From: an uncultured archaeon
Lineage (GTDB): Archaea; Micrarchaeota; Micrarchaeia; Micrarchaeales; CABMGC01
Assembly: GCA_963787445.1 (NCBI GenBank)
Contig: CAWBCT010000011.1
Location: 1-45,443 of the forward strand
Direction of reading: 5' to 3'
Length of the DNA stretch: 45,443 nt
The position numbers were made by a program, and so were the translations under genes. The number at the start of each line of letters is the position of its first letter. The stretch's first letter is position 1. Positions 1 through 9,120 of the stretch are shown one piece after another. The notes beneath the pieces were generated by a model. It was not told the origin of the DNA. It ran no database searches and worked only from the letters and a program-made list of their open reading frames with translations.

Positions 1-150
1 TATTGCGAAGATGACCTCCTTGATGGATGGTATCCGGGAGTTGTGTCTCCGTGCAAATTCGACCAGGCTCCCAGCACTTCCGGGTCCGTCAATCAGTATC
101 CTCTGCTGTGCCACTGCCTTACTTTTATGGGGTGCTGTTACCGCTTGCAT
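1..150 (-). CDS. Hypothetical protein, 5' part (runs off the window edge)
   Basis: Open frame MQAVTAPHKSKAVAQQRILIDGPGSAGSLVEFARRHNSRIPSIKEVIFAI from ATG at 150, with TATA-like TTAAATAT about 27 nt upstream. Not in the ORF track. Confidence 0.6.
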   Translation of the reverse strand, partial: MQAVTAPHKSKAVAQQRILIDGPGSAGSLVEFARRHNSRIPSIKEVIFAI

Positions 151-248
151 TGCATCGTTTAGCCTGTATTTTGCCAGATATTTAAGCGTACTTATCCCGG
201 ACGGCACCGGTTGCCACTAACCTAAAATATGTTGATTTTTGCAACGGG

Positions 249-845
249 CTAGTTTGCGTCTGCAAGAACCTGACCGTTGACCAGGTCCCCATTCTTTTCC
301 TTAACTTTGTTGTTTATGTAGCCGGTGCAAGTGTCTATGACTGACCTCTCCAGTTTTCCCTCCTGTACCTCTTGCCAGCGAGAAAACTTCTGTACAAGGG
401 GACCCCTCTTCAGATCAAACATGTAGGTTATCACTTTGCGGTGTTGCCAATCCTGTCCTGGCTGCGTGCTTATCACGCCGATTACCTTGCCCTCTACGAT
501 AGGCTTTACAAACGGTTCCTTGATGCCCGGATCAAGCTTGGGATCCATCATTCTGGCTGGCTGTTCAAGCCGGTAGGCAACCTCACACTTATTATCATCT
601 GCAACCATCAGCTTTAGAGAGCTGAAAATGCTCATGTAGTTCGACTCGTTTATTACGATTACGCCCCTGACCTCTTCCTGGCTAGCCTGCGCGGACGGGG
701 AGTCCCGGGCAACCTGCTGCGAGCTTCCTGACGACTGGCTGCATCCTGCCATCATGGCCGCAACCGCGAAAGTGGTTGTGGCGACACCCGCTCTGAGTGC
801 GTTCTTCAGCACCTGATTGCCTTTTTGAGCTGTTTTTGTAGACAT
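249..845 (-). CDS. Hypothetical exported protein, possibly a lipoprotein
   Basis: 198 aa. Basic N-terminus, hydrophobic stretch ending in lipobox-like MMAGC, then a Ser/Gln-rich linker. Confidence 0.65.
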   Translation of the reverse strand: MSTKTAQKGNQVLKNALRAGVATTTFAVAAMMAGCSQSSGSSQQVARDSPSAQASQEEVRGVIVINESNYMSIFSSLKLMVADDNKCEVAYRLEQPARMMDPKLDPGIKEPFVKPIVEGKVIGVISTQPGQDWQHRKVITYMFDLKRGPLVQKFSRWQEVQEGKLERSVIDTCTGYINNKVKEKNGDLVNGQVLADAN

Positions 846-993
846 CTTCTCTACCCGATAATAATCGTAAACTTACACCTTTAAAAGGCTTGCTGAAGCC
901 GGACCCGGGCTTAAAAAGGATGTTTTTCCATACCCATGGATGCGAATTCTGTCGAGGGAGAAACTCTTTCCTAACTCTTGTCCAGGGCCTTCT

Positions 994-1170
994 TCAGCGC
1001 CGCCGCGCCCTTTGCCAGCGCGTTCTCGAGTGGATGAGCTCCTCCTCTAGGGTTGTCATGTTTACCATGAAACCGTTGAGGCACTCCAGGCAGATGTACT
1101 TGTTGGGATAGGCAGGATTAGCAGTCATTTTCTTCGGACTCTTGCCGCAGACAATGCACTTCTTTGACAT
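994..1170 (-). CDS. Small C4 zinc-finger protein
   Basis: CIVC...CLEC motif pair and Arg-rich C-terminus. Start probably MSKK at 1170 (track starts at 1203). Confidence 0.6.
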   Translation of the reverse strand: MSKKCIVCGKSPKKMTANPAYPNKYICLECLNGFMVNMTTLEEELIHSRTRWQRARRR

Positions 1171-1234
1171 CATATCACAGGTATGGACCTTGGGGGCCTC
1201 CACAGAGGCCCATGTGGCGGTCCATTACAATCAT

Positions 1235-1495
1235 TTATCTTCTCTTTGCCGGCGTCTTCCTGAATGAGGCGTAGATGACTACAACGCCGATTATCGCGGC
1301 TATTACGCTCCCGACCTCGATTATGACGGAGTTGTAGCACATCTGTGCTCCAGTGCCTCCAACCAGCGAGGTGAAGAACATGGAGATCTGCCCTCCGATA
1401 GAGTTGCACGACACAGACGTGTTGTAGCTCTGCCAGAAGAGCGCTATTCCAATTAGAAAGACCAGTATTCCAGTTATTGTTTCCCATGCGTTCAT
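1235..1495 (-). CDS. Small membrane protein with 2 TM helices and a Cys pair in the loop
   Basis: 86 aa with two hydrophobic segments and a basic C-terminus. Operon-like with 1507..1740. Confidence 0.7.
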   Translation of the reverse strand: MNAWETITGILVFLIGIALFWQSYNTSVSCNSIGGQISMFFTSLVGGTGAQMCYNSVIIEVGSVIAAIIGVVVIYASFRKTPAKRR

Positions 1496-1506
1496 ACTAT
1501 TACCAA

Positions 1507-1740
1507 TTAAAGCTTGACATTGAAGCCGAGCATCTTCAGCCCGAAGTAGATCAGGACTATGCCGACTATCGCCATAAGTATTCCAGCCAGGTTGAAGAGC
1601 ACCAACAGGATGCCTATCACGGCTATTATTATGCCGACTATCTTGCTATGGGTGAATCCCGACTTCTTGAGCTCCTTGTCGATCTTCTGCTCCTCCTGTC
1701 TAAGATTCACACTCTTTTTCGTGTTCTTTTTCTTTGCCAT
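1507..1740 (-). CDS. Small membrane protein
   Basis: 77 aa. Lys-rich N-terminus and a hydrophobic hairpin. Confidence 0.7.
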   Translation of the reverse strand: MAKKKNTKKSVNLRQEEQKIDKELKKSGFTHSKIVGIIIAVIGILLVLFNLAGILMAIVGIVLIYFGLKMLGFNVKL

Positions 1741-1817
1741 ATAATCTTCCCGAATTACCTTAAGACGTATCTATATTTAAACGTTAGGCTTTGCCATCCG
1801 AGAACGTGCAGGCCAGA

Positions 1818-2108
1818 TTATTCCGTGAGCAGGTCCAGGGTGTCCGACTGGACCAGCTTAACGATGTCCCTAAGTCCGCTCTTCGCCATTCTTCGCAAGT
1901 CATGCGCAAAATTTCGCGAGTCCACCTTTCCGATGAGGGGATTGGATGTGGAAGGCCTGATGTCCCCTCCCGCTTCCCGGAGCTGGTCGACAAACTCCCG
2001 GGTCATGCGCCTTGCGCGGATATCGTCAGGGTTTGGCGCAAAGTAATGTTCGCGCGTCCTCAAACGCAGCTTCACATGGTTTGACTGATGCACAACGAGT
2101 TCCTTCAT
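1818..2108 (-). CDS. Hypothetical protein
   Basis: ATG at 2108 preceded by GTGATC (SD-like) and a TATA element near 2139-2146. Confidence 0.55.
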   Translation of the reverse strand: MKELVVHQSNHVKLRLRTREHYFAPNPDDIRARRMTREFVDQLREAGGDIRPSTSNPLIGKVDSRNFAHDLRRMAKSGLRDIVKLVQSDTLDLLTE

Positions 2109-2241
2109 CCCGATCACGTAACCCTATTTTTGAATAAGATATTTAAGCGTACTGTCTAGGCTGTCGTTGGAAAAATGAAACCGCATAGCTTATAAATCAG
2201 GAAAAACAAAGGTGAACCTGCAATTCAACCGCTAGAAGACC

Positions 2242-2970
2242 GTGTTCATGATGGCAGCAATAATGCATAGGCAGAGAGCCGGGAGCGCTGCGCAGTGCGT
2301 AGGTGCTGATCCGGCAATCGCGGGGATCCTCCGCTCCTTCAGGCAGATCCGCAGGGAGAAGGTCCCGGCGAAGTCAGGGCCCAAGACCCGTAAGGGGGAC
2401 TTTAAACTCAGTTCACAGCCCAACGGAAAAACGGCAAAGGCCCCAAGGTCTGCCTACACGGGCATCTACGAGAAGAACAGCCCCGAGGTGCTGAGCAAGG
2501 TACGAATCTCCGGAAGAACCCACCCGGAACTGTCAAGGCTAATGAGGGAGCGGATAGTGCTGGAAAAACCCGCCGACCTGCAGGGCAGGCTGAACGAAGT
2601 CAGGGCAAGATTCCTTGAGCTGAAGGCTGCCCATCGGAAGAGCTCCGACTACATGCTCCAAAGGCTGGCGATCATCTGCACCGGCGACAGCGAACAGCTC
2701 TTCCAAAAATTTGCCGCCAACTCTGGCATCCTGGTGTCTAAATACGGAAACGAGCACCCCGCTCTCGTCGAGCTCGTCGCGCTTGAAAACATAGACGCGG
2801 CACCCGAAGAGCTTCTGAAACAATACGAAAGAGACCGATGGCCGTTTGGGAAACCCGAAAGGCCTGTCCGTAGGCCGCGCACGCGCAGCTCTAGCCAGAA
2901 GCCTTCTGAAGCTCGGCCATCAGGACCGCATAGTCCGGCTCCTTTGTCGGGTCATCTGAGACCCACTTGA
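2242..2970 (+). CDS. Hypothetical basic protein
   Basis: 242-aa ORF with TATA at about 2190. The 3' end overlaps the peroxiredoxin gene convergently by 80 bp. Confidence 0.55.
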   Translation: MFMMAAIMHRQRAGSAAQCVGADPAIAGILRSFRQIRREKVPAKSGPKTRKGDFKLSSQPNGKTAKAPRSAYTGIYEKNSPEVLSKVRISGRTHPELSRLMRERIVLEKPADLQGRLNEVRARFLELKAAHRKSSDYMLQRLAIICTGDSEQLFQKFAANSGILVSKYGNEHPALVELVALENIDAAPEELLKQYERDRWPFGKPERPVRRPRTRSSSQKPSEARPSGPHSPAPLSGHLRPT

Positions 2971-3364
2971 ACCTGACCACCCCGCTCCTATCGGTTATGA
3001 AGACTGCGCGCTTTGCCGCGGTGAAGCCCTGCAGGCCTGCGAAGTTGTTGAGCTCTATGCCGAACCTCCTGACTCCTGCGCGGTCGTAGTCGCTCAGGAG
3101 GGGAAAGCCTATCCCGTTCTGCTTCTTGAACTCGCCGTTGGAGAACGGCGAATCCACGCTTATTCCAACTATCGCCGCGTTGAGCGCCGAGAGCTTTGCC
3201 ATGCTGTCCCTGAACGTGCACATCTCCTTGGTGCAGACGCCGGTGAAGGCGCCGGGATAGAAAGCGACCAGCGCGGGCTTGCCCTTCAGCGAAGACAACG
3301 ACACGGGCTTCAGCTCAGTGTCGACAAACTGCATCTCAGGAAGGCTCTCGCCAATCTCTACCAT
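2891..3364 (-). CDS. Peroxiredoxin (Bcp/PrxQ or AhpE-like)
   Basis: FYPGAFTGVCTKEMC peroxidatic motif (PxxxTxxC), GISVDS, FPLLSD and the conserved Arg in KRAVF. Confidence 0.93.
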   Translation of the reverse strand: MVEIGESLPEMQFVDTELKPVSLSSLKGKPALVAFYPGAFTGVCTKEMCTFRDSMAKLSALNAAIVGISVDSPFSNGEFKKQNGIGFPLLSDYDRAGVRRFGIELNNFAGLQGFTAAKRAVFITDRSGVVRFKWVSDDPTKEPDYAVLMAELQKASG

Positions 3365-3410
3365 AATATCACAGTTATAACTGGGTATTATAATTAAAAT
3401 GGCTTTCGGA

Positions 3411-3665
3411 TTAGCCGAAGGTCTCGCTCTCGATCCTCTTTCCCTTGCTGAGCTGGCGCGTGACGCCTATAGTTCCAGCAACTAGGAAAACCGTTCCGAT
3501 GATGCTCATCGCCGCCGATGGCTCGTTGTTTACCACGCTCTTGATCTCAGCACCCTGGCCTCTCAGCAAAGGGGTGAAGGCGATCACGGATGATATGGCT
3601 GCATATTTCAGAGTTCTAACTAAGGGCTTTAGCATCGCTGCACTACGCTGTGCTTGCCTCTCCAT
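3411..3665 (-). CDS. Hypothetical membrane protein
   Basis: 84 aa with two hydrophobic segments and an upstream TATA (TTTTAAAT). Confidence 0.55.
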   Translation of the reverse strand: MERQAQRSAAMLKPLVRTLKYAAISSVIAFTPLLRGQGAEIKSVVNNEPSAAMSIIGTVFLVAGTIGVTRQLSKGKRIESETFG

Positions 3666-3744
3666 GGTCGCCGAATGCTACTAGGATAGGCGCATTTAAA
3701 AAGTTTGCTAATTAGCGGACAGTTTTATGACGCTTTCCTGTCCG

Positions 3745-3960
3745 CTATTCGGATGAAAACGGGCTGGGACGCGTGCCGTTGTTTTCGAGGTAAAACTTTC
3801 CTGCAAAGAACAGGCCAGGGGTCAGCTCGTAGCCGTTTAGGGACCACTTTGTTGCACCGCTTTCATTATCCCTGTCCGATTCGCGCCTGAGCAGTTGTTG
3901 GAGTGCCTCTGGGTTTTTGCCTATCGCCGGTCTTATCTGTTTTCTTTTTGTCGGACCCAT
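3745..3960 (-). CDS. Hypothetical protein
   Basis: ATG 4 nt after the stop of 3965..5107 on the same strand. No recognisable motif. Confidence 0.4.
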   Translation of the reverse strand: MGPTKRKQIRPAIGKNPEALQQLLRRESDRDNESGATKWSLNGYELTPGLFFAGKFYLENNGTRPSPFSSE

Positions 3961-3964
3961 TTTA

Positions 3965-5107
3965 TCAATCCCTTTTTTCCTCAGTTAAAGTTCCTGGGGC
4001 GTTCGGAAGTTCAATGTGCTGCGATTGCAAAGAGGTATCGGAGAGGGCGTAAACTCCAAATTTTCCATCCGGTTCGTATCCGAGAGGTATGTATCCCGCA
4101 TCCAGTGCAGTCATGCACTCGTTGACATACCTGGTCAGCACCGCCTTATTTTTGAACTCCTTTTCGCCGGTATCCTTGGTCAGGTAGAAACGCGCTCCGA
4201 TTGCAACCACTTCGCATACGTAATCAACTATCGTGCCGGGAAGGATTCCGCCCTCGAGCGTTTTTCTGGCTACCTCCTGGACAAGGGCCCGTTGTGCAAA
4301 CCGCCTTTTGTTCCAGTACATGTCGTGCCTTGAGTAAAGCGCCACATTCCTCTCAGCGCGCTCCGCCTCCTGATGCTTGTCGTTTCCGAACCTCACCTCT
4401 TTGACAATGCTCTTCACATTTTCAAATGAGGTCGACTGGTAGACCTTCCAGGAAGGCAATGGCACCGTGTTCGGAGAATCAAAACTGAGCGACCTTATCT
4501 TTTTCAGGATGGCGATGAAACCTGCTTTCTGCTCCGCCGAAAGCCCGGAAATGGCGTCTTCCAGGTACCCGCTCCTGAACCGCTGCAGGTCGTTATCAAG
4601 CGTGAGCATGTCCTTTAGGAGGGCAAGCTGCCCGGGCTCGCTGATTGTGGTTTTGGCCAGCGCGGTAACGGTGCTGCCAAACTCTTTTGCCAGCTTCTCA
4701 TCCGTTGTGATTGTGCAGATCTCGGTTTTTGTATTAAGCCCACCGTAGGTCCCGTCCCTTATCTTTCGGGCTACCTTCGGGCCGTCAGTCTCTTCATTAA
4801 AAGCGAACAGCCCCAGGTTTCCGTCCAGCAGTATCAGGTCGTACTTCCTGGAAGAGATAAATTTTTCTATCTCTTCGGGGCTCTTTGGCGCGTCAACGTC
4901 GACCTCCAGGCCTTGAAGCCTGCTTAGCCTCCGGATCAGGAGGGTTGAGATGGTGCTCCGGGTTGCCCTCTCATCTTCAACGAGAAGTATGCTTTTTGTC
5001 TTCAGCGTGGGTTGCGCCTCGGCTCTCCTGGCTTCGGCGAGCTGCCCGCCCGCATCCGAAGCTTTCTTTTTGAATGAGACTGGTTCGGCCACGGTTATCA
5101 CAAACAA
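3965..5107 (-). CDS. Response-regulator receiver (CheY-like) domain protein with unknown C-terminal domain
   Basis: ILLVEDE acidic pair, YDLILLDGNL phospho-acceptor Asp, DGPKVARKIR, conserved T (CTITT) and K (LAK). Confidence 0.8.
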   Translation of the reverse strand: MFVITVAEPVSFKKKASDAGGQLAEARRAEAQPTLKTKSILLVEDERATRSTISTLLIRRLSRLQGLEVDVDAPKSPEEIEKFISSRKYDLILLDGNLGLFAFNEETDGPKVARKIRDGTYGGLNTKTEICTITTDEKLAKEFGSTVTALAKTTISEPGQLALLKDMLTLDNDLQRFRSGYLEDAISGLSAEQKAGFIAILKKIRSLSFDSPNTVPLPSWKVYQSTSFENVKSIVKEVRFGNDKHQEAERAERNVALYSRHDMYWNKRRFAQRALVQEVARKTLEGGILPGTIVDYVCEVVAIGARFYLTKDTGEKEFKNKAVLTRYVNECMTALDAGYIPLGYEPDGKFGVYALSDTSLQSQHIELPNAPGTLTEEKRD

Positions 5108-5150
5108 TCTTATTTTTCACATATATATGGCTTGCCTGCGTCTTTTTGTG

Positions 5151-5864
5151 CTACTGCCTGAAGACCAGGCCCCTGGAGAGAAACGAGACGACGATGGCAA
5201 AGATGAATGCTATCACCATCGAGTAGACAAGTCCTGCTGTTGGATTTATCAGCGCCAGCATCGCCACAACTAGCAGCATGACTCCCGTGTACACCGGCTT
5301 GTTCCACCTGAGCACCTTGCTCCCGTCCAGCGGGTAGATCGGCAGCATGTTGAAGAACGCGAGCCAGAGGTTGATGAACAGCACGAAGCTTACGACGTAG
5401 GGAAGGGTGAGGCTGAGCTGGTCTACGGACGGCAGGGCTATCCCGAGCAGCAGCGTTGAAACCCGGAGTATTGCGAATATTGCAAAGTTGGTTAGAGGGC
5501 CTGCCACCGAGACTATCCCGTTCTCCCGGTTGGTAAAGTTGTTCGTGTAGATCATGGTGGCTCCGGGCATCCCGAACAGGAAGCCCATGAAACCCGTTGC
5601 CAGCGTTATGATTATGCCCGTATCCGACCTCCGGAACGCCGCTATCGCCCCAAATTTCTGCGCCACCACCTTGTGCATGTACTCGTGAAGCGGGAATGAT
5701 AGTATTATCGCGATGAGCGCCACCGGGAAGATGTAGATGAACGAGCCGAGGCCCGTGAAGCCGCCCGAGAGCGCCAGCGCGAACCCTATGGAGAGCGCGA
5801 GCACCGCTACCACTATGTCAATTAGCTCGTCTGAAAACTTAAGATTAGGACGAAATTGTTCCAT
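5151..5864 (-). CDS. Site-2 protease family (M50) intramembrane metalloprotease
   Basis: HEYMH zinc motif, AGPLTN, FNMLPIYPLDG and multiple TM helices. Confidence 0.93.
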   Translation of the reverse strand: MEQFRPNLKFSDELIDIVVAVLALSIGFALALSGGFTGLGSFIYIFPVALIAIILSFPLHEYMHKVVAQKFGAIAAFRRSDTGIIITLATGFMGFLFGMPGATMIYTNNFTNRENGIVSVAGPLTNFAIFAILRVSTLLLGIALPSVDQLSLTLPYVVSFVLFINLWLAFFNMLPIYPLDGSKVLRWNKPVYTGVMLLVVAMLALINPTAGLVYSMVIAFIFAIVVSFLSRGLVFRQ

Positions 5865-5888
5865 GGGGAATGCCCGAAGCGCCTACGG

Positions 5889-6164
5889 TTAGGACTTCTT
5901 TGACTTGGGAAGCTGTGCCGCAATCTCCTTCATCTCCTCTTCCACTTCCTCCAACGCCTTTAGTATGAGCGTCCTTGCATTCTTTGTGGTCTTTACCACA
6001 AGCCGTGGCTGTCCCACGTCCGGGTGGGTCTTTACCACTCCTGCGAACTCCACGTCTGCCTTGTCAAGAAGCCGGTCCTTGATGAGCTCTGCGATGGCCC
6101 TGTCCGAGTCTACAAACTCTATGATCATGCTCTTGGGTTCGTCCTCTAGGATGTTGAGTTTCAT
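5889..6164 (-). CDS. rpoL: DNA-directed RNA polymerase subunit L (Rpo11)
   Basis: 91 aa with VEFAG..THP....P.LVVKT pattern of the RpoL/Rpb11 family. Confidence 0.85.
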   Translation of the reverse strand: MKLNILEDEPKSMIIEFVDSDRAIAELIKDRLLDKADVEFAGVVKTHPDVGQPRLVVKTTKNARTLILKALEEVEEEMKEIAAQLPKSKKS

Positions 6165-6242
6165 TGAAAGTACCTGGGCACACCGACCGTAAATGCCTGA
6201 TTATATTTAGGATAAAAAGTTATATATACGTAGCCTGAAGAC

Positions 6243-6965
6243 CTAATGCCTTAGGGTTTCCTCAACAATCTTGGCAACCAGTTTGCTATGGTCGCTTAGG
6301 AACTTGTCAAGCGCAGCGGCAACGGCGCGGTTCCCCCGGGAATATAGGATCTCCTTGACAGAAGGCCTTTGGTTGTCTGCTGTCAAATAGTGAAGATGGA
6401 GGATGTGCGGGTCACCCAGTCTTATGATGGCCAGCTGCACGGACTCATCTCCGGACTCGGCCAGTTCGTGGATGGAGTTCTTGCCCCTCAGGTCCCCCTC
6501 TTCCAGAAGCCAGATCCTTTTCTTATCAAGCATCTCCATCTTTATATTCTGGTTCCCGTTGGCGGCAACCGTTTGAATTACTGTCCGGGCATCGTGGTCC
6601 CTTAGTATTAGGGTCTTCGGGTGCTTCAAGAGCTCCAAATGCACGGCTTCGCTGTTGCCCTGGGCCAGTATGTGGGCGACGGACATCCCGTCGAAGCCCG
6701 AAGCTGTCATGCCCAAGATAGGCTCATCAGAAGCCATTGCAACCTTAACCCGCTCCGAGCCGCGGACCGCAAGCTCGTGGGCAACGCCCCAGTTATTATA
6801 GGTCTCAAGGGTTAGATTGTATTTTACCACTTCATTTGTCTTTAGTACACTGATGCCGTACCTTTCTGCGCGCGCATTTATCTCCAGTGCCAGCCTCGTC
6901 ACCTCTGCTGGCTCGAGTGCCTGTCGTTTTGACCTGAAAGGCCTGGCGTAAAGAGTTGCTGCCAT
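6243..6965 (-). CDS. Ankyrin-repeat-like protein
   Basis: About 35-aa periodic repeats GVAHELAVRG, SVAHILAQG, TVIQTVAANG, NSIHELAESG. Likely ATG at 6965 with TATA at about 6989-6996. Confidence 0.7.
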   Translation of the reverse strand: MAATLYARPFRSKRQALEPAEVTRLALEINARAERYGISVLKTNEVVKYNLTLETYNNWGVAHELAVRGSERVKVAMASDEPILGMTASGFDGMSVAHILAQGNSEAVHLELLKHPKTLILRDHDARTVIQTVAANGNQNIKMEMLDKKRIWLLEEGDLRGKNSIHELAESGDESVQLAIIRLGDPHILHLHYLTADNQRPSVKEILYSRGNRAVAAALDKFLSDHSKLVAKIVEETLRH

Positions 6966-7056
6966 GCTCAAACAGGTGTTTTGCCAGATATATAATCCTA
7001 TTGGCTCTCTGTTTTGTTGGTAGTTCTTAAATATCTGAACGAAGGCATGAATATAC

Positions 7057-7788
7057 GTGGAACACGCTACTACTCTTGCAAGTCGGGCAATAGCGATGAA
7101 GTCAGTCATTGCGGCAGGGTGGAGGACCATTGACTTTCAGCGCGGGCTTGACCGGGCCCTGACTGAAGTGCTAAGGCCGACGGACCTGCGGTTCTTCCAA
7201 TCTGTGAGGGCGCACGAAAAGCGTGCTTTTCCGGAGTTCAGGGAAAGGAACTGCATCGCAGAAGGAGACTGTGACTACTTGTACTTCGCACCGAGCTGGC
7301 ATTTCGGAAAGAGCCTGCTCACTGAAGAGACGGTTCAGGACATAAAGCAAAATAAGAAGCAACTGCTCAGCGTGGGTTCCGGCAGGGCGTATCTTGAGCG
7401 CACGCTCGTAGGCGCATTCGGAATCGACAGAAAACAGATAACGCTTTCTGATTTGAACCCAATAATGCCTCGCGGGTTCAGAAGTTTCACCTTTGATATG
7501 AGAGGAGCATGGCCTGATTTCGGGAATCGCTTTGATTTTGTGATCTTTCCCGAATCGCTGTTGGCGATAATCAACACCAACAGCGCAGAGGAGCACGAGA
7601 GGCTAAAGGCGCTCATCGAGAAGACATTCAGGGTAGTCAAGCCGGGCGGGGAGATAAGGATGAGCGGCCATAATATTCCCGAGCAGCATATTGAGCAGCT
7701 GGAGGCATGGCTTGCCGACCGTCATCATGGGACAGAGCTTGAATACAACCGATTCCTTATGGTCATCAGGAAGCCGGCCAATGAATGA
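7057..7788 (+). CDS. Class I SAM-dependent methyltransferase-like protein
   Basis: LLSVGSGRAYLE motif I, ITLSDL, FDFVIFPES and VVKPGGEI. Confidence 0.8.
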   Translation: MEHATTLASRAIAMKSVIAAGWRTIDFQRGLDRALTEVLRPTDLRFFQSVRAHEKRAFPEFRERNCIAEGDCDYLYFAPSWHFGKSLLTEETVQDIKQNKKQLLSVGSGRAYLERTLVGAFGIDRKQITLSDLNPIMPRGFRSFTFDMRGAWPDFGNRFDFVIFPESLLAIINTNSAEEHERLKALIEKTFRVVKPGGEIRMSGHNIPEQHIEQLEAWLADRHHGTELEYNRFLMVIRKPANE

Positions 7789-7790
7789 TG

Positions 7791-7833
7791 CGGACACGGC
7801 GGGATTTGAACCCGCAACCCTCGGCTCCGGAAG
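7791..7833 (-). repeat. 43-bp duplicate of the 3' half of tRNA-Arg(CCG); att-like site
   Basis: CGGACACGGCGGGATTTGAACCCGCAACCCTCGGCTCCGGAAG is identical to 9168..9210. No tRNA 5' half is present. Confidence 0.92.
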
Positions 7834-7869
7834 TCGATGGGCCTATAATCTACCGTCCCTGCTGAACCC

Positions 7870-8469
7870 TCACATACCATTTGCAATCCCAGATGCTCTT
7901 TCCATAACGACTGCACGCATCCTCTTCTGGATTCCGGCCCTCTTTGCATAATCCATCAGCTTCTTCATATCGGCGTCTTTAATGAGCTCTGCCGCCTCGC
8001 CGTTGATGCCAATCCTGTAGTAAACCAGGTCCACCAGCGTCTTCTCCAGGTCGGACACAGGCACGAAGATGCCCGAGTATTGTACATAACTGAATCCAAA
8101 AAGCATCTTCTTTGATATCCTGCGTACAATTATCCTCTTTCCCATGGACTCCCGCGGGCCGGGCATGGCCTTTGAACAGGTTATTATTACCGGGACAGAC
8201 ACCTGGGTCCAAAGCCTCCGTATGGTCAGGGCGTACTCGAGCCCGTAGTAGAAGGGGGAAAACGCAAAGCCTATCACGGCCTCATCCTTTGCGAAGGTGT
8301 AGACTCCCTTGCCCAGCCTTGATAGGCTCCCATCCCCGAGCATCTTCTGTATGAAAAGCTTTGAGTAGGCCTTCGTCGCCCCGTTGTTTTCTAGGAATCT
8401 CTGTGCGTCTCTGAATGTAAAGCACTTCTCACCGCCGAAATATTTTGCGAACGGCTTTGTGTATTTCAT
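7870..8469 (-). CDS. AbiEi-like antitoxin / wHTH transcriptional regulator (type IV TA)
   Basis: N-terminal wHTH ending LSRLGKGVY, PFYYGLEYAL and VSDLEKTLVD, typical of the AbiEi family. ATGA overlap with the upstream toxin stop. Confidence 0.85.
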   Translation of the reverse strand: MKYTKPFAKYFGGEKCFTFRDAQRFLENNGATKAYSKLFIQKMLGDGSLSRLGKGVYTFAKDEAVIGFAFSPFYYGLEYALTIRRLWTQVSVPVIITCSKAMPGPRESMGKRIIVRRISKKMLFGFSYVQYSGIFVPVSDLEKTLVDLVYYRIGINGEAAELIKDADMKKLMDYAKRAGIQKRMRAVVMERASGIANGM

Positions 8470-9110
8470 TTTACCCACGTTTTTAGATAACCGATCATCT
8501 GCTGGAAGCTCAGGTGCTTGGATCCCACGTAGACCAGGGAGCTAAGCACTTTTTCGTCGACAGGCTTCTGGGGGGCTTTTAGAAATTCCGATAGGCATCT
8601 TCGTACGTAGTGGTCTTTCTTGTCCAGATAGTTTGTCATCTGTACCATATCGTAGATGTCGCGCACGTAGCGGCGGCCCTCATAGGCCTCGATCTTGCGT
8701 TTCAACAGCTCGGTAGGCGAGAGCACGCGTATGGTGGAGGTTGAACCGTTGACTTTTGTGTACTGGGTAATCACACTCTCAGCTTTCCCGACCTTGGCCT
8801 CGAAAAGAATCTCGGTGCGTCCATCCGTAATCCTCATGTTCAGGGGAAGGGTCGCGTCTCTGGACACCAGACCCAGGCCGTACTTCGGCAGCAACCGCAG
8901 GAACTTCTTCTCGAATCCCTTCTTAACGTAGATATCTATGTCCTCAGAAAATCTGCCGCCGTTGAAGCATCGCCATATGGCGGTGCCCCCGTAAAGCATC
9001 GCGTCGGGCTGAACATAATCGTACACGATGTCGATCAGCAGGTCCTGGAGCCTAGCCAGCTCCAGCCTGCCTCCACTAAGCATACTCTCGATGGGTAATC
9101 TGCTTTCCAT
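8466..9110 (-). CDS. AbiEii/AbiGii-family nucleotidyltransferase toxin (DUF1814)
   Basis: GGTAIWRC...RFSEDIDI NTase motif, KIEA..GR and RDIYD. Likely ATG at 9110. Confidence 0.9.
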   Translation of the reverse strand: MESRLPIESMLSGGRLELARLQDLLIDIVYDYVQPDAMLYGGTAIWRCFNGGRFSEDIDIYVKKGFEKKFLRLLPKYGLGLVSRDATLPLNMRITDGRTEILFEAKVGKAESVITQYTKVNGSTSTIRVLSPTELLKRKIEAYEGRRYVRDIYDMVQMTNYLDKKDHYVRRCLSEFLKAPQKPVDEKVLSSLVYVGSKHLSFQQMIGYLKTWVK

Positions 9111-9120
9111 AATAGTATAA

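Noticed and set aside
7791-7930. Second functional, split or intron-containing tRNA-Arg
   Set aside because: No GGACACG 5' acceptor strand, D arm or BHB motif upstream, and the region runs into the antitoxin CDS. It is better explained as an att duplicate.
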